Shown: one piece after another, positions 31,720 to 42,530 of the stretch | Position numbering within the stretch: position 1 is the first letter of the stretch | Layout: each line of letters starts with the position of its first letter | Source of the DNA: Anaeromyxobacteraceae bacterium | GTDB taxonomy: Bacteria; Myxococcota; Myxococcia; Myxococcales; Anaeromyxobacteraceae | Assembly (NCBI GenBank): GCA_032654565.1 | Contig: JAULAX010000017.1 | Location: forward strand, 32,001 to 96,000 | Direction of reading: 5' to 3' | Length of the DNA: 64,000 nucleotides | The notes under the pieces: generated by a model | Databases searched by the model: none | What the model saw: only the letters and a program-made list of their open reading frames with translations | What the model was told of the DNA's origin: nothing | Program-made: the position numbers and the translations under genes

Positions 31720-34700
31720 ATGCTCAAGTGTCCTGGCTGTGGCGAGGAGAACCCACCCAAATTCAGGTTGTGCGGATACTGCGGCACCGCGCTGGTGCCG
31801 GCGAGCGCCCCGCTGCCCACACGCGAGGTGCGCAAGACCGTCACCATCGTCTTTTCCGACCTGAAGGGCTCGACGGCGCTGGGCGAGGTGCTGGACCCGG
31901 AGGCGCTGCACGAGGTGAAGGAGCGCTACTTCGGCGCCATGGCCGCCGAGATCACGCGCCACGGCGGCAAGATCGAAAAGTACATCGGCGACGCCATCAT
32001 GGCCGTGTTCGGCCTGCCGCGCGCCCACGAGGACGACGCCTTGCGCGCGGTGCGCGCCGCGATGGGCATGCAGGCGGCGCTGCGCCGCGTCAACGAGGAC
32101 CTGCTGTCGCGCTACGGCGTCGCGCTGGCCAACCGCACCGGCGTGAACACCGGCGAGGTGGTCGCCAGCGACGACCCGACGGCCGACCAGAAGCTGGCCA
32201 CCGGCGACGCGGTCAACGTCGCCGCGCGGCTCGAGCAGGCCGCGCCCGAGAACCAGATCTATCTCGGCGACGTGACCTACCGGCTGGTGCGCGACGCCGT
32301 CGAGGTGGAGTCGGTCGAGCCGCTCGAACTCAAGGGCAAGGCGCAGCGCGTGGCGGCCTTCCGCCTCGTCGCCGCGCCCGGGCTGGATGGCCTGGTGCGC
32401 CGCCACGACCGGCCGCTGGTCGGCCGCGACGCGGAGCTCGCCGCGCTGGCCGAGCTGTTCGGCCAGGTCTCGCGTGAGCGCACCGCGCGCATGGTCACGC
32501 TGATCGGCGACGCCGGCTTCGGCAAGTCGCGCCTGGTGCGCGAGGTCATCGACCGCATCGCCGTCGGCGCGCGGGTGCTCACCGGCCGCTGCCTGCCCTA
32601 CGGCGACGGCATCACCTTCTGGCCGCTGCTCATGATGGTGCGCGAGGCCGCCGACATCCGCGACGCCGATTCGCCGGAGATCGCGCTGGACAAACTGCTC
32701 GCCGCCGTGGGCGACGCCGAGGTGGCGCAGCGACTGGCCAGCGCCGCCGGCCTGACGACGGCATCGTTTCCGCTGGCCGAGCTGAACTGGGCGGCACGCA
32801 AGTTCCTCGAGGGCTGGGCAGCGTCGGCGCCGCTGGTCGCCTTCGTCGACGACATCCACTGGGCCGAGCCGGCCTTCCTGGACCTGCTCGAACATGTGCA
32901 GCTCACCGCGGTGGACGCGCCCATCCTGCTGCTGACCACCGCGCGCCACGATCTCATCGAGGAGCGCCCGAGCTGGGGCACGCAGCCCGGCTCGCTGCGC
33001 CTGGAGCTGCGCCCGCTCAGCGACGACGCCTCGGCACGCGTGGTGGCCAACCTGCTCGGCTCGGCCGGGCTGTCCGACGAGGTGACGCGCCGCGTCGTGA
33101 AGGCCGCCGAGGGCAACCCGCTGTACGCCGAGCAGATGCTGTCGATGCTGATCGACAACGGCGCCCTGCAGCTGCAGGACGGGCGCTGGGTGCGCGCCGA
33201 CGAGACGGCCGAGATCGCCGTGCCGCCCACCATCCACGCCCTGCTCGAAGCGCGTCTGGACGGGCTCGGGCGCGCCGAGCGCGCGGCCGTCGAGCCGGCC
33301 TCGGTGATCGGGCTGGAGTTCCCGCAGTCGGCCGTCGAATCGCTGGCGCCGCAGGCGGTGCGCTCCGAGTTGCCCGCCCACCTGGGCACGCTGACGCGCA
33401 AGCAGTTCATCCGCCCGGCGCAGTCGTCGGGCGCCGAGCTGATCTATCGCTTCCACCACCACCTGGTGCGCGAGACGGTCTACAACGGCCTGCTCAAGCG
33501 CGCACGCGCCAACCTGCACCTCGAGTTCGTGCGCTGGGCCGACCGCGCCAATGCCGACAGCGACCGCAGCCTGGAGTTCGAGGAGATCCTCGGCTACCAC
33601 CTCGAGCAGGCGCACCGCTACCTGCGCGAGCTGGGGCCGCTCGATGCGCCGGGCCTGGCGACGGGCAGCGACGCGGCCAGGCGCTTGTCCGCCGCGGGCC
33701 GCCGCGCCGCGGCGCGTGGCGACATGCATGCCGCCGCCAACCTCTACGGACGTGCCGTGGCCGTGCTCGAGAAGGACGATGCGCAGCGCTGGCTGCTGCT
33801 GCCCGAGCTCGCCGAGACGCTCACCGGCGTGGGCGACTTCGCGGGCGCGCACAGCGCCCTCGACGAAGCCTCCGGCGCCGCCGAGCGCTCGGGCAACGCG
33901 CGGCTGGGAGCGTCGAGCCGTTTGCTCGGCATGTTCGTGCGCCTGTACAGCGGCGAGCAGCAGGACGACTGGAGCGAGGAGACGCTGCGCGTGTGCCACG
34001 AGCTCATTCCCACGCTCGAACGCGAGAACGCGCACAACGAGGTGGCCACGGCCTGGCGGCTGGTCGTGCTGGTGCACGGCATCGCCGGCCGCTACTCGCT
34101 GGCCAGCGAGGGCGTGGCGCGATCCATCGCGCATGCGCGACGGGCCGGCAACGAGCGCCTGGTGGCGCGCAACGGCCTGATGCTCGCGATCAACGCGCTC
34201 AACGGCCCGATGCCGGTGCCGCAGGCCATCGTCGACTGCGAGCAACTGCTGTCCGCGGGGCTGAGCGACCGCCAGGTCGAGTGCAACGTGATGTGCGCGC
34301 TGGCGCAGCTCAAGGCGATGAACGGCGAACTCGATGCCGCGCGCAGCCTCTACCGCCGCAGCCGCGCGCTGCTGCGCGACCTGGGCCAGGGCGTCTACGC
34401 GGCGTCGACCGGCATCGACCTGGCGCGCGTCGAACTGCACGGTGGCGACCTCGCCCTCGCGCAGCGTGAGGTGCAGGCCGACTGCGACTTCCTCGCCGCG
34501 AAGGGCGAGACCTACTTCCTGTCGACGATGGCGGCGCTGCTCGCGCGCATCGCGCGCGACCAGGGGCGCGACGACGAGGCGCTGGCCCTGTCGCGCACCG
34601 CCGAAGAGGCCACCGCCGCCGACGACATGGAGTCGCAGGCCCTGTGGCGCATGGTGCGCGCCCCCATCCTCGCGCGGGCGGGCGAACTGCAGCAGGCCGA

Positions 34701-34914
34701 AGCCCTGGCGCGCAACGCCGTCGATCTGGTGCGGCAGACCGAGTCGCCGATGCTGCAGGCCGATGCGCTGGCCGAGCTGGCCGCGGTGCTGGCGCAGGCG
34801 GCCCGCCACGACGAGGCCGCGGCCCGACGGGCCGAGGCGATCGCGCTCTACGAGGCCAAGGGCAACCGCGTGATGGCGCAGCGCTGCATCGCCCTGGGCG
34901 CGCAGGCCCGCTGA
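31720..34914 (+). CDS. Class III adenylate/guanylate cyclase with Zn ribbon, AAA/STAND ATPase and TPR-like C-terminus
   Basis: CPGC..CGYC; FSDLKGST, EKYIGDA, GDAVNVAARLE; Walker A GDAGFGKS; VDDIHW; GNPL. Confidence 0.9.
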   Translation: MLKCPGCGEENPPKFRLCGYCGTALVPASAPLPTREVRKTVTIVFSDLKGSTALGEVLDPEALHEVKERYFGAMAAEITRHGGKIEKYIGDAIMAVFGLPRAHEDDALRAVRAAMGMQAALRRVNEDLLSRYGVALANRTGVNTGEVVASDDPTADQKLATGDAVNVAARLEQAAPENQIYLGDVTYRLVRDAVEVESVEPLELKGKAQRVAAFRLVAAPGLDGLVRRHDRPLVGRDAELAALAELFGQVSRERTARMVTLIGDAGFGKSRLVREVIDRIAVGARVLTGRCLPYGDGITFWPLLMMVREAADIRDADSPEIALDKLLAAVGDAEVAQRLASAAGLTTASFPLAELNWAARKFLEGWAASAPLVAFVDDIHWAEPAFLDLLEHVQLTAVDAPILLLTTARHDLIEERPSWGTQPGSLRLELRPLSDDASARVVANLLGSAGLSDEVTRRVVKAAEGNPLYAEQMLSMLIDNGALQLQDGRWVRADETAEIAVPPTIHALLEARLDGLGRAERAAVEPASVIGLEFPQSAVESLAPQAVRSELPAHLGTLTRKQFIRPAQSSGAELIYRFHHHLVRETVYNGLLKRARANLHLEFVRWADRANADSDRSLEFEEILGYHLEQAHRYLRELGPLDAPGLATGSDAARRLSAAGRRAAARGDMHAAANLYGRAVAVLEKDDAQRWLLLPELAETLTGVGDFAGAHSALDEASGAAERSGNARLGASSRLLGMFVRLYSGEQQDDWSEETLRVCHELIPTLERENAHNEVATAWRLVVLVHGIAGRYSLASEGVARSIAHARRAGNERLVARNGLMLAINALNGPMPVPQAIVDCEQLLSAGLSDRQVECNVMCALAQLKAMNGELDAARSLYRRSRALLRDLGQGVYAASTGIDLARVELHGGDLALAQREVQADCDFLAAKGETYFLSTMAALLARIARDQGRDDEALALSRTAEEATAADDMESQALWRMVRAPILARAGELQQAEALARNAVDLVRQTESPMLQADALAELAAVLAQAARHDEAAARRAEAIALYEAKGNRVMAQRCIALGAQAR

Positions 34915-34936
34915 ACGGGCCTGTTCTCCCGCGGGC

Positions 34937-36019
34937 TCAGAAGACCTTGTACGAGCCGTTGCCGAGGTTGATCAGCAGCCACTCGAAGTCGCCGTCGAGA
35001 TCCGCTGTCCAGCCGGGCGTGCGACTGCTCTTGTAGTACGTCTTCCTGGCGATGCAGGGCACGCCGTCGGTGCGCGGCGTCGTCGGGCTGGCGCAGTCGC
35101 CGACGAACGTCGTGCCGCCGGTGCCGGTGTACTGGATCAGCACGCTCTCGATCTTCGTGCCCTTGAGGATGGTCGAGGCGTCCTGCCGCAGCACGATCGA
35201 CAGATACGGGCTGAAGCTGCCGGGGATGGTGATGTCCGAGCGGAAGCAGGCGCTGAAGTTGTTCGTGCAGTTGACGGCGTCCGGCGACTCGAGGATCTCG
35301 GCCGTGGTGAAGCTCGTGCTCGCCGGCACTATCACCGAGGTGGCGAACGGATCCGCAGTCGACGTGACGCCGCCGCTGCCGGTGAACAGGCTGCCGCCGC
35401 CCTTCTGCACCGCCGACTTCACCAGCGTCGGGTTGAAGGTGCCCAGCGTCACCTGGCCGGTCGTCCATTCGCCAACCGAGTTGTCGACCGGGGAGGTCGC
35501 GCCACCGGTCGTCTCGGCGTAGTAAGTGATGCCGCTGAAGCTCACGCAGTCCGTCGCGGCGCAGTTGCCGGCGATGCCGTCGGGCACCGGGCTGGCGGCG
35601 TCCTTCACCGGCGCCTTGAAGAACACGGCGAAGGCCGGAAAGGCCTCGCCGGCCTTGAGTTGCCCGATCGTGCAATTGATGCTCGTGCCGCCCGCGCCGG
35701 CCGTGCAGGTCGCGCCCTCGGCCGAACTGAACACCGCCGTTTCGTCGACGTCGGTCACCAGCGTCGAGCCGGTGAAGCTGATGTTGTTGATCGTGTTGCC
35801 GCCGCCGTTGGCGATGCGGACGCTGTAGCCGATGTAGGTGTTCAGCGCCGGCCGCGCCGGGGAAGCGGTGGCCAGGGCGCTGTAGGTCACCGCCGGCGAC
35901 AAGGGCGCCACCGTGGTGGTCAGCAGGCCGGCTCCCGCCCACGCCGTCATCGGCACGGCCACGCACGCGCCGATCAACAGGGCCGCGCTCGCGCGCGCGC
36001 TCAGGGAAACGAACTTCAT
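34937..36019 (-). CDS. Secreted Thr/Ser-rich beta-type protein with 8 mature cysteines
   Basis: AAGGAGG RBS; signal peptide; DUF11-like YSVRIANGG segment. Confidence 0.7.
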   Translation of the reverse strand: MKFVSLSARASAALLIGACVAVPMTAWAGAGLLTTTVAPLSPAVTYSALATASPARPALNTYIGYSVRIANGGGNTINNISFTGSTLVTDVDETAVFSSAEGATCTAGAGGTSINCTIGQLKAGEAFPAFAVFFKAPVKDAASPVPDGIAGNCAATDCVSFSGITYYAETTGGATSPVDNSVGEWTTGQVTLGTFNPTLVKSAVQKGGGSLFTGSGGVTSTADPFATSVIVPASTSFTTAEILESPDAVNCTNNFSACFRSDITIPGSFSPYLSIVLRQDASTILKGTKIESVLIQYTGTGGTTFVGDCASPTTPRTDGVPCIARKTYYKSSRTPGWTADLDGDFEWLLINLGNGSYKVF

Positions 36020-36154
36020 GGATCCTCCTTGGGGGTGCCACCACGACCTGAGATCGCCAGGAATCCGGCGAGGCCATGGGTTTTGTGCACTTTTTCTTAC
36101 GAGGCGTGGTTTTACCGCCGAACCCTCAGCAGCCACCCCCCCTGATTCCGGGGG

Positions 36155-38350
36155 TCACGATGCCGCGTGACGGCGAAGCGACGTGGCGCGGCGCAACCGC
36201 CCGGAGAGGTGGATCGCGATGTTGCGGTACAGCTGCGAAGCCAGCGCCGGCTGCTCGCGCCCGATCGCGTCGAGCCCTTGCTGCGTCAGCTGGTAGAGCT
36301 CGGCCTGCGCGTCGGCCGTGGCGCCGGCGCTGCGCCCGCCGCCATCGAGCATGGCCGTTTCGCCGAGCATCAGACCGGCCGAGAAGCTGACGAAGCGCTG
36401 GCGCCGATGCGCCGGCCCGCTGCCCGCCTCCACGGTGATCGAGCCGCGTGTCAGCACGAACAGGCCGTCGGCGGGATCGCCCTCCTTGAAGAGCGCTTCG
36501 CCCTTCGCCAGCCGCCGCGGCCGCATGTGGGCCAGGACCGCCGCACACTGCGCCGCGTCCAGCCCGACGAACAGGCTGCTGTGCTGCGGCGCGATGGCGG
36601 TGTCGCCGAGGGCCAGCCCGGCTTCGGCGAGCAGTTGCTGCTCGGCCGCCTCGACGGCGCGGTCGAGGTCGGCGAACCAGTCGTCGCGACGCGCATCGCG
36701 AAAGCAGCCGAACGCGCGCAGGCGCCGTCCATGGGGATGCTCGGCCGTCACGCCGGCCAGCAACAGCGTCAGGCCGCGACGGCCGAGGCCGACCGACGAC
36801 TGCTGCAGCAGCATCGCGCCGGAGGCATCGATGGTGCCCACGCCACGCAGGTCGAGCACCACGAACCCGGCCTCGCCGCCGATCGAGTCCAGCTCGCGCG
36901 CCAGCCGCTCGGCACTGCCGAAGAACAGCGCTCCCTCGAGTTCGAGCACGACGATGCGCGAGCGTGCGTCGCGCAGGAACGCCTCCTGTGCCGGCGGATA
37001 GACGCGCCGCGAGGGTTCGGCGGCGGCCGTGTAGCGCGAGCGCACCAGCGAACGGTTCATGCTGCGCACGAACACCACGAGCGTGACCACGATGCCTGCG
37101 GCCACGCCGACCGCGAAGCCGCGCCACACCGTGACGACACACACGAAAGCGACGATGGCCAGCGTCTGCCGCACGTCCGTCGAACGCTCGCCGCTGCGCC
37201 ACTGGCCGATCAGCTGGCGCGTCCAGCGGTCGACCAGCGCCAGCGCGACCGTCAGCATGATGCCGGCCAGCACGGTCTTGGGCAGCATCGCGAGCAGCGG
37301 CCCGAGCACCCCGTACATCACGCCGAACGCGAGCGCGCCGACGAACGCTGCGCGCCGCCCGACTCCGCCGGCGTGCAGCGTGGCCAGCGCCCGCGCGCGC
37401 AGCAGCACCACCGGCAGGCCATAGAACAGCCCGACGACGATGTTCGACATGCCCATCAGCATGAGGTCATGGCCTGCGTCGTGGGACGCGTCGAGTTGCT
37501 GGTCGATCGCCAGGCCGCTGAGCACCGACTCGAGCGAACCGATGAGCGCCAGCACCACGCCGCCCGTCAGCACGTCCAGCCCATGGCGCAGGACGAACGC
37601 GGCCACGCCGGCGTCGGCCAGGCGCTGCGGCAAGTCGGGCATCGGCACGCTGCCGGGCAGCGGGCCCAGGGCCGGGCCCAGCGCCATCGTCGGCCACTGC
37701 AGATGCAGGCCGGCATACAGTGCCAGCCCGAAGCCCAGGCCGATCAGCTGCGACGGCAAGCGCGGCCAGCGCCAGGCGACCAGCCAGGTACAGGCCGCCG
37801 TGCTCAGGCCGACAGCCAGCGTGCCCGCGTGGAAGCCGGACAGCCCGGCGCCCGGTTGCAGGCCCAGCAGCGCCGGCAGCTGCGACAGGAAGATCAGCAC
37901 GGCCACGCCGTTCATGAAGCCGGCGAGCACCGGCTGCGGCACGAACTGCGCGATGCGGCCCAGGCCGAGGCGCGCGAAGACGATCTGCAGCACGCCCATC
38001 GACACCACGATGGTTCCGCCCGCCGCGAGCACGAGCGCGATGCCCGAGCTGCCTGCCGCCGACACCGCCGGATCGTGCACCAGCGGTGCGATTGCGCTGG
38101 CAAAGATCAGCGCGGTGGCCGAACTCGGGCCGGCCACCGGCATCGCGCTGCGGCTGAACAGCGCGAACACGACGCCGCCGACCGTGACCGTCACGAAGGC
38201 CGCGGCCAGGCCCAGCGGAGCGGCGGCATCGCCCAGCGGCGCGTAGCCCAGCAGGCCGATCGTCAGCACGACGGCGAGCATCACCACCGAGCCGACGCAG
38301 CCGCCGAGGATCTCCGCAGGCCACGGCGCGTGGCGGCGCCCGGTGCTCAT
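36155..38350 (-). CDS. SulP/SLC26 anion transporter with STAS and cNMP-binding domains
   Basis: AGPSSA, PQPVLAGFMNG, EGALFFGSA, LFKEGDPAD, GETAML..RSA. Confidence 0.88.
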   Translation of the reverse strand: MSTGRRHAPWPAEILGGCVGSVVMLAVVLTIGLLGYAPLGDAAAPLGLAAAFVTVTVGGVVFALFSRSAMPVAGPSSATALIFASAIAPLVHDPAVSAAGSSGIALVLAAGGTIVVSMGVLQIVFARLGLGRIAQFVPQPVLAGFMNGVAVLIFLSQLPALLGLQPGAGLSGFHAGTLAVGLSTAACTWLVAWRWPRLPSQLIGLGFGLALYAGLHLQWPTMALGPALGPLPGSVPMPDLPQRLADAGVAAFVLRHGLDVLTGGVVLALIGSLESVLSGLAIDQQLDASHDAGHDLMLMGMSNIVVGLFYGLPVVLLRARALATLHAGGVGRRAAFVGALAFGVMYGVLGPLLAMLPKTVLAGIMLTVALALVDRWTRQLIGQWRSGERSTDVRQTLAIVAFVCVVTVWRGFAVGVAAGIVVTLVVFVRSMNRSLVRSRYTAAAEPSRRVYPPAQEAFLRDARSRIVVLELEGALFFGSAERLARELDSIGGEAGFVVLDLRGVGTIDASGAMLLQQSSVGLGRRGLTLLLAGVTAEHPHGRRLRAFGCFRDARRDDWFADLDRAVEAAEQQLLAEAGLALGDTAIAPQHSSLFVGLDAAQCAAVLAHMRPRRLAKGEALFKEGDPADGLFVLTRGSITVEAGSGPAHRRQRFVSFSAGLMLGETAMLDGGGRSAGATADAQAELYQLTQQGLDAIGREQPALASQLYRNIAIHLSGRLRRATSLRRHAAS

Positions 38351-38372
38351 GCGCACATCGACCCGGTCGCGC

Positions 38373-40331
38373 TCAGAACAGCGCCGTCACGCGCACCGTG
38401 CTGCCCATGCTCTCGGTGCTGACGCTGGACCAGCCGCCCTTGGCCAGGCGGATCATCGCGTCGTTGGTGGACATGATCTCCGCGACGAAGCCGCGCACGC
38501 CGCGCTGCTGGGCGTCCTTCATCATGCGCAGCTGCAGCGCCGTGCCCAGGCCGCAGCCCTGCCACTCGGGGCTGACGATGAAGGCGGTCTCGGCCAGGTT
38601 GGTCGACGGATCGATGAAGTAGCAGGCCTGCCCGACGATCTGCGGATGCTCGCGCGCGCCGGTGGCCGCCACGAAGCCGACCTCGGTCTCGAAGTTCAGG
38701 TTGCACAGGCGCTGCACGTCCTGGTCCGACAGGCTGCGCACGTTGCGGAAGAAGCGTGTGTAGACGTCGCGCTCCGACAGCTGGTGGAACAGCGTGCGGA
38801 TGCCCTGCGCATCGCCCGCGGTCGAGGGCCGCAGCAGCACCGAGCGGCCACCCTTGAGCGCCACCGTCTCCTCCTCCTGCACCGGGTAGGCGCGCATGTT
38901 CTTCAGCGTCTGGCCGGCCGGCAGCAGGCCCAGCGCCTGCGCCTGCTCGAACAGCTCGGCGCGGAACTTCGGATGCGCCACCTCGATCAGCGAGATCGCA
39001 CGTTCGCGCATCGACTTGCCGAACAGGTAGGCGATGCCGTATTCGGTGACCACGTAGTGCACGTCGCTGCGCGCGATGGTCACGCCTTCGCCCGGGCGCA
39101 GCTGCACGCGGATGCGCGAGCTGCCGGCGTCCGGGTCGGTCGAGGGCAGGCAGATGATCGGCTTGCCGCCGGGCGAGCGCGAGGCGCCGCGCAGGAACTC
39201 GCCCTGCGCCGCCAGGCCGCTGTAGTACTCGCCGTCGAGCTGGTCGGCGCAGACCTGGCCGGACAGGTCGATCGCGAAGGCCTGCGTCACCGACACCATG
39301 CGGTGCTGCGCGGCGATCACCGAGGGCTGGCACACCGCCTCGATCGGCTGGAACGAGAACAGCGGGTTGCGGTCGATCAGGTCGTACAGGCGCCGCGAGC
39401 CCATTGCGAAGCTGGTGACGATCTGCCCGCGCTGGTCGGTCTTGCGGCGGCCGTTGAGGATGCCGCGCTCGAGCAGCGGGATGATCGCGTCGGTGATGAC
39501 GTCGGAGTGCACGCCCAGGTCGCGGCGGTCGGCGAGGTACTTCAGCGCCTCGTTGGTGACGCGGCCCAGGCCGATCTGCAGCGTCGAGCCGTCGTCGATG
39601 ATGCCGCCGATGTAGCGCGCGATCTGCTCCACCACCTCGCCGGGCATGGCGTCGTGCTGGTATTCGATCACCGGCGAGTCCACCGGCACCAGCCAGTCGA
39701 TCTCGTCGACGTGCAGCATCGAGTGGCCCATCGTGCAGGGCATGGCCGGATTGACCTCGGCGATCACCAGCCGCGCGCGCGACACCGCCGCCGGCGCGAT
39801 GTCCACCGAGACGCCCAGGCTGACGTAGCCGAACGCATCGGGCAGCGACACCTGGATCAGCGCCACGTCGACCGGGATGCGGCCGTTGGCGATGAGCTGC
39901 GGCACGCGCGCGATCGACATCGGCACGTACTCGGCCAGGCCCTGGCGCACCGCGGCGCGCAGGTCGGCGCCGACGAAGAAGCAGCGGTGCCGGTAGGCCG
40001 TGGTGGCCTGGCCCTGCGCATCGTGCGGCACGGCGTGGTCGGTGAGGAAGTGCAGCAGCTCGACGTCGCCCGGCTTCGGGCTGCGCGTCTCCAGCGCATG
40101 CACCAGCGCGCGCGGCGTGGCGCAGGCGGTGCCGACGAAGACATGCTCGCCATGACGGATGTGCGCCACTGCTTCGGCGGCGCTGCACAGCTTGCCGGCA
40201 TGGGCCTGCAGCAGCGGATGCAGCGGCGCCGGCGCCTGCGCCGCACCGGACTCGCCGACGAAACGCTCGCGCAGCGACTGCACCACGCGCGCCATCAAGC
40301 CCGGTGGCGTCAAGGGTGGGTCTTCATTCAT
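38373..40331 (-). CDS. Acetyl-CoA hydrolase/CoA-transferase fused to a GNAT domain
   Basis: SLGVSVD, TLQIGLG, VHYVVTEYG; C-terminal WQGCGLG acetyl-CoA loop. Confidence 0.88.
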   Translation of the reverse strand: MNEDPPLTPPGLMARVVQSLRERFVGESGAAQAPAPLHPLLQAHAGKLCSAAEAVAHIRHGEHVFVGTACATPRALVHALETRSPKPGDVELLHFLTDHAVPHDAQGQATTAYRHRCFFVGADLRAAVRQGLAEYVPMSIARVPQLIANGRIPVDVALIQVSLPDAFGYVSLGVSVDIAPAAVSRARLVIAEVNPAMPCTMGHSMLHVDEIDWLVPVDSPVIEYQHDAMPGEVVEQIARYIGGIIDDGSTLQIGLGRVTNEALKYLADRRDLGVHSDVITDAIIPLLERGILNGRRKTDQRGQIVTSFAMGSRRLYDLIDRNPLFSFQPIEAVCQPSVIAAQHRMVSVTQAFAIDLSGQVCADQLDGEYYSGLAAQGEFLRGASRSPGGKPIICLPSTDPDAGSSRIRVQLRPGEGVTIARSDVHYVVTEYGIAYLFGKSMRERAISLIEVAHPKFRAELFEQAQALGLLPAGQTLKNMRAYPVQEEETVALKGGRSVLLRPSTAGDAQGIRTLFHQLSERDVYTRFFRNVRSLSDQDVQRLCNLNFETEVGFVAATGAREHPQIVGQACYFIDPSTNLAETAFIVSPEWQGCGLGTALQLRMMKDAQQRGVRGFVAEIMSTNDAMIRLAKGGWSSVSTESMGSTVRVTALF

Positions 40332-40523
40332 GGCACGGTCCTGATGGATGAAGACATTCCGGGCACTGCATGTCGGAGGCGCGTCGCTTGTTGGTTTGGC
40401 CGATTCTCACCCAGAGGCCGAGACTGCGCAGCGTCCGTGATAGCCCCGGGTTTTCCCGCGCGCGCCTTGCCCCAGAATCGCGACGCAACCACGAACCGCA
40501 CCTTGCCCGACACCCGATCCGCC

Positions 40524-42422
40524 ATGCCATCCGCCAGCCCTCGCCCGCCGCACCAGGACGACCTGCTGCTGCACCACCTGCGAACCTTCCTGGGCATCAT
40601 CGACGCCGCGGCCATCGACGCGGTGCGAGGCCGGGTGCGCTGGATGCAACTGGCCGGCGGCGAGACGCTGATGCGCCAGGGCGAGCCCGGCGACGCGCTG
40701 TACCTGCTGGTCAGCGGCCGCCTTCGCGTGTACATGGAGGAAGACGGCGTGCGCCGCGTGGTGCGCGAGATCTCGCGCGGCGAGGTGGTCGGCGAGATGA
40801 GCCTGATCACCGATGCACCGCGCTCGGCCACGCTGGTGGCGATCCGCGATTCCGTGCTCGTCAGCCTCGGCAAGGACGACTTCGCGCACCTGCAGGCGCA
40901 CAGCCCGCAGGTCACGCTGGCACTGACGCGCCAGATCATCGCGCGGCTGCGTTCGCAACACGAGCGCACGGTGATGGACCGTCCCGTGACGATGGCCCTG
41001 CTGCCGGTCAGCGGCGGCATGGATGCGGCCGCCTTTGCGCAGCAACTGGCCGGCGAACTGGCCGCGCACGGCAAGGTGGGCGTGCTCGACGCCGCCACCG
41101 TCGACCGCCAGCTGCAGGCGCTGGGCCTGCCCCGCGCCGTCGTCGACGACGAGCGCACGCAGCGCAGCGTGGCGATGCTGTTCGACGAATTCGAGGGCAC
41201 GCACGACTACGTGCTGCTGGTCGGCGACGACACCCCCACCGACTGGACGCACCGCTGCACGCGCCACGCCGACGAGATCCTGCTGCTGGCCGACGCGCAG
41301 GCCGTGCCGGAGGTCCATGCGAACGAGCGGGCGTTTCTCGTCGATCGCCCGCCGCACGCGGAAGCCGCCGAGATCCTGGTGCTGATGCACGACGCGGGCA
41401 CGGCCATGCCCAGCGGCACCTCGCGCTGGTTGTCGCGCCGACCGGTGAGCGACCACGTCCACCTGCGCCGCGGCCACGCGGCCGACATGGCGCGGCTGGC
41501 GCGCATCCAGTCGCGCAACGCGGTCGGACTGGTGCTGGCCGGCGGCGGCGCGCGCGGCTTCGCACACCTGGGCGTGTACCGCGCGCTGCGCGAACACGGC
41601 ATCGAGGTCGACTACGTCGGCGGCACCAGCATCGGCTCGATCATGGCCGCGCTGATCGCGACCGACCAGCCGGCGCAACGCCTGGAGGCGACGGCACGGG
41701 CCGAGTTCGGCCGCAACCCGACCGGCGACTTCACGCTGCTGCCGCTGATCTCGCTGATCAAGGGCCGGCGTCTGCGCCGCATCGTCGGCCACGCCGTGGC
41801 CGACAACGTCGGCGAAGGCGCGGGCATCGAGGACCTGTGGAAGCGCTTCTTCTGCGTCGCCACCAACTTCTCGCACGCCCGTGAGATGGTGCTGCAGCGC
41901 GGCGACCTGCTGAAGTCGCTGCTGTCCAGCACCGCCATTCCGGGTGCGCTGCCGCCGGTCATCATGGACGGCGACCTGCTGTGCGACGGCGGCACCTTCA
42001 ACAACTTCCCGGTCGACGTGATGCGCGGGCTGCGCGGTGTGGGCAAGGTGATCGGCGTCGACCTCAATGCCAGCAAGCCGCGGCGCATCGAGCTCGACGA
42101 AACGCCCAGCGGCTGGGCGATGCTGCTCGATCGCCTGCGGCCGCGCCAGTCGCGCCGCTACCGCCTGCCCAGCCTGCCGGTGCTGCTGATCAACGCCACC
42201 ATCCTCTACAGCCTGTCGCGGCAGAAGCAGGCGCGCGCCCTGACCGACCTGTACTTCAACCCGCCGCTCGACCGTGTCGGCATGCTCGACTGGAAACGCT
42301 TCGACCAGGTCGTGCGCCAGGGCTACGAGCATGCCTTGCAGGTGCTGGGCGACCGCATCCCCCCGCCGCCCCCGGCGCCCAGACCCGATTTGGTGCCTGG
42401 CCGGCCGCTGCCGCACCAGTAA
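40524..42422 (+). CDS. cNMP-binding patatin-like phospholipase (NTE/RssA type)
   Basis: GEMSL..RSAT; GGGARG, GTSIG, DGG. Confidence 0.9.
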   Translation: MPSASPRPPHQDDLLLHHLRTFLGIIDAAAIDAVRGRVRWMQLAGGETLMRQGEPGDALYLLVSGRLRVYMEEDGVRRVVREISRGEVVGEMSLITDAPRSATLVAIRDSVLVSLGKDDFAHLQAHSPQVTLALTRQIIARLRSQHERTVMDRPVTMALLPVSGGMDAAAFAQQLAGELAAHGKVGVLDAATVDRQLQALGLPRAVVDDERTQRSVAMLFDEFEGTHDYVLLVGDDTPTDWTHRCTRHADEILLLADAQAVPEVHANERAFLVDRPPHAEAAEILVLMHDAGTAMPSGTSRWLSRRPVSDHVHLRRGHAADMARLARIQSRNAVGLVLAGGGARGFAHLGVYRALREHGIEVDYVGGTSIGSIMAALIATDQPAQRLEATARAEFGRNPTGDFTLLPLISLIKGRRLRRIVGHAVADNVGEGAGIEDLWKRFFCVATNFSHAREMVLQRGDLLKSLLSSTAIPGALPPVIMDGDLLCDGGTFNNFPVDVMRGLRGVGKVIGVDLNASKPRRIELDETPSGWAMLLDRLRPRQSRRYRLPSLPVLLINATILYSLSRQKQARALTDLYFNPPLDRVGMLDWKRFDQVVRQGYEHALQVLGDRIPPPPPAPRPDLVPGRPLPHQ

Positions 42423-42530
42423 GGTCAGTCGTGGGACCCAGGGCAGCGTGCGCGCCGCCTCGGCATGGTGCGACGCCGCGCACGAAAGTTGCGACCCGGT
42501 GATGAAACCTCATCAGCGCTTCGCCACCTC

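Noticed and set aside
31720..42422. CBASS/Pycsar-type antiphage system (cyclase plus patatin or TM-cNMP effector)
   Set aside because: The genes are not in one compact operon, and the cyclase has a common STAND-TPR architecture; kept only as a signalling hypothesis.
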